A stretch of DNA of 63,890 bases, filler included, from Perkinsus chesapeaki ATCC PRA-425 (GCA_013115145.1; 10 parts of 10 records of this genome joined end to end with filler, not necessarily neighbours in it), one strand, 5' to 3'; positions 1 through 14,200 are shown, counted from the whole stretch's first letter. Numbers and translations: made by a program. The notes: a model not told the origin generated them from the sequence alone.

Positions 1-19
1 CGCGAGCGAATAACCATCG

Positions 20-1207
20 TTGATCAGGTTCCCACACACCATCCTGTGCCTGACTAATGGTGAGGCAGATCTACACAACGGGAAACATCTCGAGGATCTG
101 GATGGCGATGAAGTTGTCATTACGGCTATCGACACTGAAACACATTTGATGCCAGATAATTTCGACTACGAGCAAGTATCTAAGCTGGGATACAAACCAT
201 CACTGATGCTCAAGCGTGGTTGCCGTGTGATGGCTACTATTAATCATCCACAGCTACACTACGTGAATGGTCTGCAGGGGACAGTGTCGGGCATTTCACT
301 CGTCGAGGGCCAGACGCCAAAAGTATATGTAACTTTCGATGGGGAGGATCGAACTAAAGAAGTGAAAAGAGAGAAATACCTGCTTACCCAGAGCAATGGA
401 GAGGTTGTTTTTGCCCGAGAGCAAATCCCCCTAATGCTGGCGGCCGCTATCACAGTGCATAAGTCCGTAGGTCTTACACTCAGTGGTGTCTGGGCCCAGC
501 TGCCATTTAAAGGCTGTCCAAAAAGCAGGAATGACGATATCGCTGCCTATTGGAAGCAACAGTGGCTACGTGGCTGTATGTACACACTTCTTTCTCGAGT
601 CGGTTCGCAGGAGCACATCAAAGTCCACCCTCTTCGGCGGGGCGACGTTATGCCTATCTTCTGGATGGACTCCCAGGCCACCGCTTTCGACACGCATTGC
701 CAGTCCAGAAACATACTGAGAACATTCATCGCAAGCAGTCCTTCCGTCCATGTTGCCGACCCTGGGCTTACTTCTGAGATCTTGCGTCGTATTAGTGATA
801 TGCCAGCACAACTGAAAGCTGCAGCAACTGAGCTCACCACTGGATTGTCTAAAGAGTTCCAAGCAAACGCTAACTTGTCGCTTCTCTTTAGTCACTACAG
901 TACTTTGCACGCCCAGAGGATCCAGATGGGCCAGCGATCAGTTCACGTGGTGGCCCACACAATGAGCCGCCCGGATGTGCGTGCCTCGGTGGAACAGTTG
1001 CCAACGGATTTGCAGTGGAGCTTCTATGAACAGCTGGACCAGCGCCTCAACGTGGAACGGGGTGTCGTAGACGACTCCGACATTATGACCCTAGCACAGA
1101 ATATGAGAGCTCCCCAAGATTTCTCCTCCACTCAACAATATAATCCACCGGAAACAGATGAGCCAGCCTTCGAGTTTGGTGACGCTGCTGATGACGGCAT
1201 GTCTCAT
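20..1207 (+). CDS. PIF1-family (SF1B) DNA helicase, C-terminal part, partial at both ends; could be Helitron-associated
   Basis: Intronless ORF with GCRVMATIN...YVNGLQGTV, REQIPLMLAAAITVHKSVGLTL (motif V-like) and YTLLSRV (motif VI-like), matching recalled PIF1 motifs; runs into the linker. Confidence 0.75.
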
Positions 1208-1307
1208 NNNNNNNNNNNNNNNNNNNNNNNNNNNNNNNNNNNNNNNNNNNNTTAATTAATTAANNNNNNNNNNNNNNNNNNNNNNNNNNNNNNNNNNNNN
1301 NNNNNNN
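1208..1307. other. Artificial contig linker (44 N + TTAATTAATTAA + 44 N)
   Basis: The same 100-nt all-frame-stop linker also occurs at 3299-3398, 28627-28726, 35060-35159, 36769-36868, 54047-54146, 57892-57991, 61592-61691 and 62742-62841. Confidence 0.97.
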
Positions 1308-1517
1308 GAGTGGTCTGAGGAGTGACAAAAATACAACTCACGTCTCTTCTTGCCAATTTCATATCAGCCGTAGCTAAGCTGTGGGAGCTTCGCGGAATAT
1401 GAAACCGCTGGTGGGTCTTCCGGAATGATTCAACCAATTCCAGGTAACGAATGCCTCATGCGTCTTAGGACTACTCCGATTCTCATTGGCGATCATGCAG
1501 GCTTATAGCTTATTATC

Positions 1518-1931
1518 ATGCCAAACCTGCTCCAACTACTCTCCTTGGTGATCAGTGTTCTCGTTCTCCCTGCTTGTGGTGAGAAACACATATTCCAAGG
1601 CCTGCTAACTACTAAGATGTCTGCTCTTACTGTACGTATCACGTTCGATCCGAACTTTACTGAAACTACGGTTGTATATCTCGCAGACTACTCGGGCAAG
1701 TATAGCTCTATTGTTCTAGCTCAGAAAAGGGTCGCTATTCCCAAGGGCCGCTACACCTTGATATGGGATTCTGATGACTGGGAAAGAATGAAGGTCTTTT
1801 TGCGGAATACAGGTTACCCAGACAGACCAAACATGGGAACAGTAGACTTCGCAGACGATTGGCAGGAAGCTAAGCTGTACATGTTCCAGTCGGCGGCGAT
1901 TGCACCCCTCGTGCTCAAACCGGTGTCGTAA
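1518..1931 (+). CDS. Intronless secreted hypothetical protein, 137 aa
   Basis: ATG-to-stop ORF with a hydrophobic N-terminal signal-like peptide (MPNLLQLLSLVISVLVLPACG); no family recognised. Confidence 0.6.
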   Translation: MPNLLQLLSLVISVLVLPACGEKHIFQGLLTTKMSALTVRITFDPNFTETTVVYLADYSGKYSSIVLAQKRVAIPKGRYTLIWDSDDWERMKVFLRNTGYPDRPNMGTVDFADDWQEAKLYMFQSAAIAPLVLKPVS

Positions 1932-3933
1932 AAAGTCCACAAGCACGACTGCGTTGGCTTACCGTAGACCCGGCCAATCTGTTCTAATGGTCTTATGTCT
2001 TCAAGATATGTCCTACCAGGAATGTCTATTCTATTTTCACTGGTACCTCTTTGCAGACGTGCCGAAGTTCACTGTTGAGTATTTTGGGTCCTCACCTATA
2101 GCTTTTATGGAGCAGCTCCACTGGAGCATTCCATCTATCTGTGGTTACTCCATTATCACTCTAGTCCAATAGTCTTCGGCATTTGGTGGAGGTTCTGGTA
2201 CACCTCTAGGCTCCCACTCACCGCAGGGTTATCCCCGTGGCGGTCTTAGCTCTCTATCTTTGAGTATTAGCACATATTTGTATTTCTCTTACTACTGCCA
2301 TACTAAACTTAATGCCTACAGTACGTCCCCCAATAGAGAGCCAGTACCCTAGGCTCTGGGGCCCAGGGTCCCAAGTTGGGGCTCTTAACCCTGGATCTCT
2401 CCGAAGCACCTAGTGCTGTCGTTTGGTACTGGCGTATGGTTATCCTTTTTTCGGGTTGGTTAACCTCGTTTTCATGTCTACTCCCTATCATGAGCTCTAT
2501 AAATCTCAGACAATATCCTTAACTAGAATAGGTACCCTGTCTCCAAAGTACAGTTTTGGGTTTCTGTTAATACCAATTGCGGAGTCAATTCGTTCCTGAT
2601 GTGCTATTCGTCGCTGGGAGTGTCTCGCGTCTCGATAGTCAAAAAGGAGTAGGTGAAGATGACGGTGTAGATGGCGCATCCCACAGACCATCGGAACAAC
2701 TCGATGCTCACCATCGGAAGTTGCACAATGCAGCTTGCATTGCGGTGCGACTGTGATAGATGGAGTTGAGTTTACAATGCTATGTGATGCCTGCGGGAGT
2801 TTTCTAAACCAGACTTTTGAAAAGCACAACCGTTCAGATCTGGGACTCTGTGTCGCTGGACTAATCGCCAGGATCATCACATTTGCCTTGTAAGGAGTAA
2901 AGGCCACCTGGCACGATAGACCGCGTCAGCAACGGGCCTAGTCGGAGGTTTGGGCAATCAATAGTTCCCCGATCATACAGTCGGCTCAGTCTATTACTCT
3001 CCAGGTAGCTACTTTGATACTTCTTTAAGCAGCCTTCTTATCATAATTGCACTCGGTCTGTTGGAGTATTGAGTAGTTGGTTGGGTTCTTGACCGATGCT
3101 TCATCTTGGATTAAGATGAATTAAGCTCGAACTAAGATTCTTAATGCTTCTTACACCGCAAGGCCGGCCCCTATTTCTCAGACACGAGGAGTCGAGGGAA
3201 CTAGTAGTTACGTTTGAAGTATATGATGTCCACAGTTTGTCCAGTCACCCGAGAGTGTAGTTGTAAAGAGTACAGCTGAGCCGCCCAGTCTTTTGCGANN
3301 NNNNNNNNNNNNNNNNNNNNNNNNNNNNNNNNNNNNNNNNNNTTAATTAATTAANNNNNNNNNNNNNNNNNNNNNNNNNNNNNNNNNNNNNNNNNNNNGT
3401 TGGAGGATGTGACGTTTTTACCCATTTAATTTGTGGACGTTTTTGTCGGGGCACGCTATTTAGATATAGATACTCGCGGATTTGACAACTTTGTCAAGCT
3501 GCCATTAATTAGTTTCACTGAAAACTTTCGACATTTTATTCTCATGTGAAGTGGTTGTCAAAATTGAGAACGGCTACTGCTCGGCATAGAAGTGTTCTGA
3601 GACTGTTACTAATTCACAAAGTTATTAGTATCTCATTAAAGGGTGAAGTGTCGATAATAGAAACTCCCGCTGGCTTTATTTAGATTCTTCTATCACTGTG
3701 GGGTAGGAATTTATAACAATCATGTGTCATAATAATATATTTCAATACGCATCGTGCCACGATCAGATATTATGGTCCTGCTATATATTAATAGGAAATA
3801 AATTAATAATATATAATATTGAAAATATAGATTTGATAGTTTATAAAATATTAAACCAAGAGGAATCAGTGAACATCGGTCATCTCATAGTTACTATCAA
3901 TCAACTTTTCAGGCTTGCTTTTTTTCCACCAAT

Positions 3934-4872
3934 ATGGCCAAAGGAAATGTCTCCCAAAAGAAGAGGACTCTGGTTCGCTGTGCCACCTTCTTTGCTCTTC
4001 CTCCTTTAATTTACCTGTTCGGTTGGGGCTGGATAACATTAAGTAATAACCTTATATCAATTTATAATTAATGTTGATGAGAGTAAATATATATGACAAC
4101 TCTTAATTTATAAACCCCCTTACAAAATAATACTAAATATCAAGTCCTAACTCTTTCTCGTTACTATTTTATGCTCAAAAGTCTAGAGGTCATATTATTT
4201 TGTAAGGGGGTTTATATTATTTAATAATACTATTACTTATCATTACAGCTTTGGAATTCAATTGGTTTTATCTTATTCCTGTATAATATATTTTCTTTCT
4301 CGGACAGCACTCCCGTCACCGCGCGGAGCAGAGCTGCCTCGGTCGTGAAGGGCTGAGCAACCTTGTGAAGTGTGTAGGCGAAATTATGACCCATGGGAAT
4401 TCAGATGCAAATTCATATTAATACAATATTATGAATATATACTTTATTTTATATAGTATTTGAATCAATAATCACATTTGTCTTTTCAGTCGTTTCGTTG
4501 GCCATATCAGTATTAGCATCGGCCGCACTTACCTTTGGCAAAACAACGGCTATCTCTCGGTACCCCTTTTTATGGCGGTTGATAGTAAGCTCAAATCTCT
4601 GCGAAAATTATATTACTTTTTTCATTAGGCGTTCTACTTGGTGCAACTTTTAATTTGCGGTATCGTTCACAGTGCTGTGAGCCCCGCTATGGACAATAAA
4701 GTTAAATCTTACTTTGTTGTTGCTCCCGGTGTTAATAAGGATACTAATTTACGTGGCGATGACAAGGCTCAAGGCGAGCTGCTGGGACAAGCAGGAAAAC
4801 GTAGTAATGGGCTTATAGTGGGCTTCCACTGGCTTGGACAGAAACCGCTGAACTCGCATTTGTTATCTTATC
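3934..4872 (+). CDS. Putative exons encoding hydrophobic segments; possibly the 5' end of the downstream GalNAc-transferase or a separate membrane protein
   Basis: ATG at 3934 gives MAKGNVSQKKRTLVRCATFFALPPLIYLFGWGWITL followed by a GT; further GC-richer exon-like blocks near 4490-4560 and 4630-4870. I could not join them unambiguously in frame. Confidence 0.3.
4109..4216. mobile_element. MITE-like element, 108 bp
   Basis: Perfect 24-bp terminal inverted repeat TATAAACCCCCTTACAAAATAATA / TATTATTTTGTAAGGGGGTTTATA with TA at both ends. Confidence 0.75.
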
Positions 4873-5245
4873 GGTAAGGATATAGTGTTTATTGAGAAAG
4901 GGTAACTATTGCGGGCACTTGGTCAGGATTTTACAGTTTATTTTGAGGAGGAAATACATTATGAATTTTTTGTGATTCTGAAAGTAAAGCTTTCATATGT
5001 TTATGTATTATAGATTATCACTGGTGATTTATCAGCCCTGTTTATTATATTTTATAGTATATATAGCCCTGCATTATTAATTATATATTATAGTATATCT
5101 TATAGCATGGCATTTATATAAATATATTGTATTATAAATATATATAAATGATATATAAATAAGTTACTGTAGACCAAACATTATCACGTCGCAATTAATG
5201 ATTATAAAATGTTGCTGTTATTCACAATGCAATAGCTCATATCAG

Positions 5246-8200
5246 GTCCGGAAGATTTCGCCCAATCTGGCGGTGCTTTGCCGGGAGGATTTATGTCACA
5301 ACCTAAAATCAGTGTGGTAATATAGACGGGATCTGGTTTGTGAGGAGCATGTAATTATTTCTAAATTTTATTATTAATTCAAAATTCTCCTTATTTCATA
5401 GTCAGGAGATCTGCCTGTGTATGGCCAAAAGCACTAGTAAAATGTGACTGTGATAGATATAAAGTTTTGGTGCTAAATAATGGTGTTAATATTGCTACAT
5501 AAAGCATTGCATTCATCAACTACGGAGCTTATTTAGGCTTACTTGAATGAGCTCATCGGGGATGAAGCTGTTCTTAAATCGGAGATAGTAGACGCTTTGA
5601 TACTTTCCTCAGCAATAAGAAGTGAACTATGAATTAGCAGCTTTCTGTTAAATCCCCAACCTGCTCGTTTTTGATGGTTCGCAAGAAGTAGTAGCTTCGA
5701 CAAGGTTACTCCGAGCAGCTCGCTTGGAGGAAGATCAGTTTTCCCATAGGAGAAATGATGTGTATTATCGCGGTCGATTTGTTGTATTTAATCGTTGTTT
5801 TGTGAGTCATTTGATTATTTAGGTGCTGCCTTGTGCTAATGAAGGTGAATTTATGGTTAAAACGGCGAAGTCGATTAATGAGTTTACGCCGGCTTATGCT
5901 CTTCATGAAGTTGTAAGAGGCGGAGGAGGAGGGGTGTGGTTTACCAGTGAAATTCCATCGGATGGAATTGATAAATTCCAAGTGGAATTCGGATAACATT
6001 GTACCGTACGCCTTATCTTAGTACGGGCCATCAGAGTACCTGGTCCTTGTTAGATTACCTTTTTTCGTTGATGAAATATATCTTTGTAGGTTGTGCGTCA
6101 TTCGAGCATCTGAATATTAACTCTCGCTGCATTTATCTTTCCAACTGTGATCTATCAGATTCCTATATTTATTTATTTCACCATCTGAGTAAACCATGTT
6201 CCTTATATACAGTACTGGACGTCCACTTTATAGGGTAACTGAGTCATGCGCAGCGATGCATGGTCTTCCATAGGCTACTACTTGCCTGCCTGATGGAGAG
6301 ATGGGTGTTCAAATTTGATAAGCAGCAGCAGACTACGGTTTTACGCACATCTCCTTCGAAGCCGATTCTGAGCCGATGTTGAAAATTAAATAGGTTACAT
6401 GAAGCAGTTACATTAGTATTTAAATTAAACATAAAATAGATATGCTTATATATTTAAAATATATAATTATTTTAATTATTTTGTAATGTGCTGATGTCCA
6501 TTCCTTTAGGATTTTCACATCCTAGATTGTTGTATTTTTTTCAATGTTGCTTGGCTACAATTCGTTATTAGTCGATAAGTTAACACTTTAGCTATAAAGT
6601 ATCACTTGGTTCGAATAAGAGTCTTGTGAAAGGGGAAAAATCCAACTTAACCGAAAATTGAAATTCTTCATCACCGTATATATATCGACTATTTTATTTT
6701 CTAATCTCTCGACCATGTCTTCCTTCTCAACGTAACTTTTTCATCTAACAATATTTGTATATTGTCGCATGTACCGTTTATTAGGTGGTTGTTGATGATG
6801 GCAGCACTCCGCCTTTGAGAACATTGTTAACGGACGAGCAGCAGAAAGAGTAATAGGAAGAATTGGAGATGATGTTTTGATTCATCGATATGTCATCAGT
6901 TTGAAGATAACTTGGGTTCGGCATGATCATTTCACTGGTTTGATCAATGCTAAGAGCAAAGGTAATATATGTCACCTGGGGGAGGGAAAATATCCACCTC
7001 ATTGGTATCAACAATTACAACTATAAAAGGTGTTCTAGAATTTCGTGAGAATTTGGAAGCCGGCTTCCCGTCGACGCATACGAAGTTTTACAGGAAGGAA
7101 CTGATGGAGGGAACATTCAGACACCAGTGTCGAGGGGCTCGCCTACTTTCGAACGATTTCGTGGCGCGTGAAAAAATTTACAGCCATTTGAATCACGCAC
7201 AGAGTGGTCGCATAATGTTAAGTTGGTCATTTGTATAGAATTCTAATTTCAGCAGTTCTGTCAAATTATTATTCACAGTGTCATGAATATAACTTTTGTT
7301 ACTTGTATAGTTTTAAAAGCAATGGCTTGTGCGAAATAGTGATCAGAACGCACTTTAATATGTCAGGTGCCGCGGCTGCGACCGGTGATATCATTATTTT
7401 CCTGGACTGCCATGTCAAACCGGCCGAAGGTTGGGACAAGCCGATTGTTGACTTTATCCGGAGCAATTATAAACGTAATAATGATGATGTTGGTTATAGT
7501 TCTGAGTGGTATATAGTCTGACGGAAATGCCAACATCGACCGGGAAACACTGTGGGACTTTTGATCGGAAATAGGTTCCTAGAGCAAAAGCGCATTCCTA
7601 TTGTGAACATCTGAGAGTCCTTTATAAGTCGCTGGTGGTTGGCGTTTCTGGTCGAAGTGGCTGATGAGAATGAGGGAATTTAGTTTCATAAATTTGATAT
7701 TAATAATGTCTGCTCGTAATTTATGGCGCATCCGATTTAGATCGTCTAAAATTGAAAACTTTATAATTTTCTCAAGAACGTGAGAGTAGTTCTGAGTGCA
7801 GTTTTTTGTGATAATCCTTTTCTCCGACTAAAGCCTTTCCGCGGCAGGTGGTATTTGACAGGTTGAATGAGAAGCATTGTAGAGTTGATGTTATTGAGTT
7901 GGTTTGAAGGCTGCATTCAAACCACCTCAATGACATCAATTCTAACAGCTCTACAGCATTTCCGAGTCGAGTGAATTATATAGCAAGATTTTTGATAATA
8001 TTCCCATATTTTCAAAACCCTATACCCATTTTATTAATGTTTTACCCAAAATTTTGATATTTTACCATGTCCATTTAGTAGCATAAAAGCTATTGACTAG
8101 CAATAACTCAAACTCTAGCTTTAAATTGAAGCGGTATCTTTTAGGTGTTGTTGTGCCGTCGATAACCGACTTGGATCCGGATACCTGGGAGGAGCATCGC

Positions 8201-11200
8201 GGCGGAGGAGGCATGTCGAAGTGCTATCTCACCTGGGATGCTGATTTCAAATGGTTCACCTCCGATGATATGTAAGGGGGTTGTCAAAGTTAGCGATATT
8301 ACAGTTTCGAAGATTGATATAGCGGGGGGGCATTCGAGCCAAGCGAGTTTGGAAAGGGAAGATTAAAATTTCTGTACAGACATTTAAATAATCCCTTCCC
8401 GAGCGAGATTGTGGCAAAGCTAATCTTGAAGATTGGGGAAAGAGTAATGGCGTTTTGCAAATTTTGGAATGGTTGCCTGGGGATTGATCGGTGAGACCGA
8501 AAGTCAGAGTGTCCTGGAAACTCAACTCAGCATGGAGAATAGGTTCAAACGAGAAATCTGGGAATTTCAAAGCCCAACTCGCTCGTAATTAGGATTATCA
8601 CTTCTGCGGTTGCATTACGCTGGAAATTTAAGGATGGTTTAAATTGATGATAGTTACGTACCTATTATGTCGGGCGGTTTACTGGCAATGTCGAAGAAAT
8701 GGTGGGATGAGACTGGCGGGTACGATGAGAACATGCTTGGATGGGGCGGAGAAAATATCGATCAAAGTTTGAGGATTTGGTTATGTGGAGGAGAGATAGT
8801 AAGTTATAGGATGGATGGTAGAGGTCATGATTAAAATGAGCCGGGCTATGTTGCAGGAGAATCTAAGTTGGATTATTCATCTTTAATCTATGTAGGCTGT
8901 ACGTCTGATAGCATTGCAATTCATAAATGATTTTTTCACCTGTCTCGGACTTTAGATAACATTCTTGTTAGTGTAGAGGTTCTTAATTAAGTGGCAGTGT
9001 TATTTACGGTGGTATGAGTTTGATGTTTAAAGTATTACCATGCTTGAAAATTTTGTGCGCGCTAAACTCAATAGATCGCTGTAATGATAGTCTTGCAGCG
9101 GTGTGACTCGGCAATTGTCTGATTTCTGAGTAGTAGTAAATGGCGCGTGAAAGTTGTATCGTGTGCAGATCTGCGGAGTTGGGAAAGGAGACTGGAATAA
9201 ATTTGGCTCGTTTTAAAATGGATGTTGTTTTGAGGAGAAGCATCGGCGTTCATTTTACAGGGTGTTGCAAAAATAATCCGGATGAGGAATTTGTTGTTAA
9301 AATAATAATTATCGAATGACTTACGATAATGATTTATACGGCAATAGAGGCATTGTTGCCTTAATTGTATTTTTACCATCATAAACGCATTGCCAGGGAT
9401 GTTAGGCCCTTTGTTGCAGGGCCTTCTGAGAAACTTCATTGTAGCTCGTTCGCAGATGAAATAGTTATCGTGGTTCAGCGGAATAGGAAAATAATCGGAT
9501 TCGGTGATATTGTTGTTTGTACTATTCTGTGTAGGTGAATGCCAAGGACTCTTACGTCGCTCATATGTGGAGATTGGCGAGTCGACCGAAGACTCGAGCA
9601 AAGTATACAGTGCCGGGTGGGGCTGTTACTACTAATAGGTAGCAGCAGCTTTGGTGAGATTATCTTCACTGCGCCACGAAATTAAGGTATCGAGCGGCGA
9701 TGGCGTGGTATGATGAGTGGTTGGAGAAGCTCGAGACGTATCCTGAATTCTCGCAGTTCGCACCGGGAGGGCTGAGATACAAGGATAGGCCGGATATTAG
9801 TAAGGGGGGGTTACGCACTGTGAAGAATATCTTTTCATGATACAGGGNNNNNNNNNNNNNNNNNNNNNNNNNNNNNNNNNNNNNNNNNNNNNNNNNNNNN
9901 NNNNNNNNNNNNNNNNNNNNNNNNNNNNNNNNNNNNNNNNNNNAGGGGTTACGCACTGTGAAGAATATCTTTTCATGATACAGGGGTTACGCACTGTGAA
10001 GAATATCTTTTCATGATACAGGGGTTACGCACTGTGAAGAATATCTTTTCATGACAGAGGGGATACGCACTGTGAAGAATATCTTTTCATGATACAGGGG
10101 TTACGCACTGTGAAGAATATCTTTTCACGAGTCTTCTCCCCCCTGTGCCATCTACTTCTTCAGGCAATATCTTAGAGGTGAAGGAAAGACTGAAATGCAA
10201 ACCGTTTGGTTGGTTCTTAAGGAGGTAATTTCGTGGCGCGCGGGAAATCGGCCAGTAAAATTGTTAGGTTTAAGAAGGTCTATTTTGACGGAGGATTGGT
10301 CCCTGATAAAGTATTCCACTTAAAGGACCAAAGCACTAATATGTGTATTGAGAGAAAAGGAGGTGAGAGGATCCAAGGCTGGTATTAAGTCTCAAGTATG
10401 GAGAGGAAAGGAGGTGTAGAACAATATACAATATAACTATTAACGAACTTGAACACTAGTATATTATTAACGATACGTAGATACGTATGATACGGTGGTG
10501 TGAAGCTTCTTATCCTTATTTATAGAATATTAGCAAATTTGAAGTTGCCTTTGAAGTTATAAATAGTATTTATGGTTTAAGCTTCATATAAGCTATTTAT
10601 TAAATAGCTTATTTTCTGTCTAAAAATCGGTTTTGTAAGCTGGAATTCAGCACCGTTTTCTTAGTTAATTCATGGAGAGTTCTTAAGTAGTATCGATTAT
10701 AGTTTATTTTCCAAATTATTGTGAATTCCATACGGAATTTCTAAGACGTTTTATTCCTGTGAGATTCTTGATTGTTCAGGCTCCAAGGTGGTGCTGCGGC
10801 CGTGCTCCGAGCAGTCGCCGGGTCAGCTGTGGCATGGGGCAAACCGTGATACTGTCACTAACAAATGTTGCTCGTCATTCCGGTAAGGACGAGGGTTCGA
10901 TCCCGGCACATGTCATTTTTAGAAACTGGAATACTGATCAGTGTCTTCAAGTCGATTCTATTGGAGGGCAATTGGATACGGGAGTTTGCAGTACTTGGGG
11001 AGAATTCACCAGCCAATGGATCAAGTTGGATGAAGCTTCACATCAACTGTAAGAAGACCCGGGTTCGAATCCCAGGTAGGGTATTTTTCTGTCATTTTTA
11101 GGCAACTTGCTCCGGGCGCCTGGGCGAAGGGGCGTGCTGGCTGTATAGGTGGTAAACGACCAAAGGGCACAGAAGTGTCTCTGGAGGATTGCGAAGACCC

Positions 11201-14200
11201 GAATTTCAGGCAAATTTTCAAGGTAAAATTTCGAAATTTTTTTGTGGGAAATTATGTATTTTAGGTTGATGAGAAAACCGGTGGTATTGTCGATGTGCAG
11301 AACGGCGAGTGCCTTACGGCAGCCAGCGGGAAGTTCGAGCTGTCACCGTGTGATGTTGATATTGATACGGGAAAGGTGACCCGAGGAAGGAGGAATTTTT
11401 ATTAGATTGTTTTTATTTGGAAAAATTTTGCGCAGAATTGTCCCTATAAATTTTATAGGTTTCTCGATTAGCATTTTTATTTTTGGGGAGGTCGGTAATA
11501 TTTAAGACCACGGAAATATATAGGAGCATCAAATGATGATGAAAGTTGGGCTTTATTGTTCCGGTTTTCCATCTTCCTTTGTAGGTTAGCGGAGAGCAGA
11601 AGTTCACCTTGGTGGATTTCGACGGCAAGACCCGGATAGAAGCCCGAGATATCGGCAGCAACCCTTTATGTGCCGATAGTGCATCTGGCACACAATTGCT
11701 TTTGTACAGTTGTTATGATTCCAGTGTAAGGAGGAAGGGATGTTCATAAGCTTTATTAGGAAATGTGATTTTTTGGTGTCACGATAGTTATAGTTGATGA
11801 AAATGAACACGCGTCGTCGGGTAGAACTGTTATATTTAAATATATTGGTGATCATCTCTTCGTTCGTATTGACAAGTAATTGTATATTTTAGTATCGATT
11901 ATGAATTCATATATCTTTAAAATTAATCATTATTCGATAAATAACATTTTTCGGTAGTCGCTTCAGATCGTTAGTCTTATTTTTTCAGTACCACAATGTG
12001 AACCAAGCCTGGCAGTTCTCCGACAGAGTCAACGGTGGTGCAATACGGTAAGTTTCTGGTTTGTTTATTTTCCGTCACGGTTGTGGTTCAGGTTTTCTGG
12101 GGGATCGAATGCAGGAAAGTGTTTCTCGGTGAAGAATGAAGCAAAGACGTCCCAATCGGTGAGTGGCGGAAAAATGACTTTTGGTTTTCGTTAAAAAGCG
12201 TTATGGATTTGATATGGTTCATGTCACCTATTATGTATATTGATTTTGATGTGATGCTTCCTGCAGAAATGGCTAGCATGAAGGATCCTTTTGATTCTTC
12301 TGTTAATTAGGAGAATAATTATATAATTATTTCGGTGCTCGCTGAATTATTTCGGTTGATTGCCCTCAGCTTTGTTCTGGATGCACGCATGCGTTGACTT
12401 CCTACCGCGCGCGCCATTTGACATGGTCCAATGAATTGAACTATTATTATTACTACTCGATACTGTGATCGATGAGATTTGTGTGGAGAGATGCTTCACC
12501 ATCTCCGGTCGAATTAAAGCTTTTTCCGATCAATTCAAGCACTGGAATTTACCTTATTTAAGAATTGGAATAATGTGCATTTTCCCGTTGTCGTTAAATT
12601 GACCAGCAAATGGTGTATAACGCATCTGAGGATACTTCCGAGGTGCTCATTTCTGTGGATGGGTGGTTTTTCTTTAATTGCCAGCTCGATAGCTTTTCAT
12701 TCGAATGTGGCACTATTAATCGTACGGGTCGGGCGCCGTTGTCACAATCTCGATTTCAGTTTTTTTTTGCAATTTTGTCGCATCGTTTCGACGGCAAATC
12801 TTTGTTGTAGGTTGTATTGGAAGGTTGCATATCGGATAATGGTATAACGAAATATGGTCAAAGATTCAAGAAGGATCTTCTTGGTAGGTTAAAGCTTGAC
12901 TTTTGTACAGTTCAAGGGTTTTCGTATTGTCGCAAGAAGAGAGTTACGGTATTTAAATCCAAGTTGTGCATTTAATCTTCACTGGAAACTTTTGTAAGCA
13001 ACATCTCTTTGGTGAAAAAATATTTTTTTTGTGTAAAATTTGACGTGAAGTGTATTTCCAATGGAACTGCAATGTGAAAATTCGTACGCACTGTTTGCGT
13101 GATTGAGCAACCTTGCGGCGTGCACACCACATGAAGGCTCCTTCGCCCTGTGCTACTTTACATTGTAAACAACATGCTGCCCGTTAAATTCCTTTTGGAA
13201 CAGCTCAGACCCTCTCATTATGAGTATTAATAATATTTGATTAAATACTTATTATTATTATTATTGTGAAAAAATAATGTATTTACTCTTCTACTAGATT
13301 GGCATTGCTCTTCAGTGCGACAGTTACCTGACTGGGAGAGTGTTAGTGTTCTTCATACTTGATATTGTCCGCAGTATCGAATCCCGAATTTTTCTGGCAT
13401 TGTGGATGATATGATATTTATTAATATTAAGATAGATTTCGAACTTGTTAATGTTGCCTTACTTCTTGTTCAGGTAACGGTAAGTTCTTCACACTTCGTG
13501 ATGGTAACTGGTGTCTCGGTGCTGAGGAGAAGACGGGACTTTCGGTAAGGCATGGCTTGTTAGCGCTTTTGCTGTATGCCGGAGATATGTATATTTTTTA
13601 TAGCGATTATTAATATCTTGAAGTATGCTCATGTATGAAGCATTTGCAAATGCTTCAATAGAAAAGTGCCCATTCACGACGCGTTCCAATTAGTTGCGCA
13701 GATCACTTACAACCGAGTGCTTGCCGGTATAGGTATCACAGTGTGATGATGAAGCGTCCTCACAGCAGTGGGAATATACCTCCTATAAGGGGTTAGTTAA
13801 CCAAGAGTCAGGATTGTGTTTGGATGCAGGCGGAGGAAAGAGTGTCCAATTGTAAGTTGTGGGAAAGATGGTATGAAATTATAGCAAATGACTGTTTTGT
13901 AATTTCAAACTTTTCATGTTGTACTTACGGGTGTTCCGTCTTTTTACAAACGATTTGGATCCGGGTTTTATAATCGGGCTTCGGGTTTTCGGGTTACTAT
14001 TAAAAGCATATCAAGTCGCACTTCGTTCGGCGGTGTTGTATATTTTGTACATTTGTCAGATATACCTGTTACAGTGATGGGAGTAATCAGAATCAAGTTT
14101 GGGAGATGAACGAGGCCGGCTTTATTCGAGGCGGTCCCGACAGGACGTGCCTCGATTTTGCTCCGGTAGGCTGGTAATTTCGTGGCGCGCGAAATAATTC

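Noticed and set aside
1252-1263. Recurrent TTAATTAATTAA palindrome
   Set aside because: Always centred in a 100-nt N block; an artificial linker, not biology.
1643-1651. B-box-like GTTCGATCC
   Set aside because: Inside a coding ORF, with no T-stem and no T-run at +13; a chance match.
8272-8282. Intron start GTAAGGGGGTT identical to part of the 4109 MITE terminus (introner idea)
   Set aside because: Only one clean case; the similar start at 9800 is explained by the minisatellite, and no matching TIR is present at the intron 3' end.
9256-9277. TA-CAGGGTGTTGCAAAAATAAT, mariner-like terminus
   Set aside because: No partner inverted repeat found in the window.
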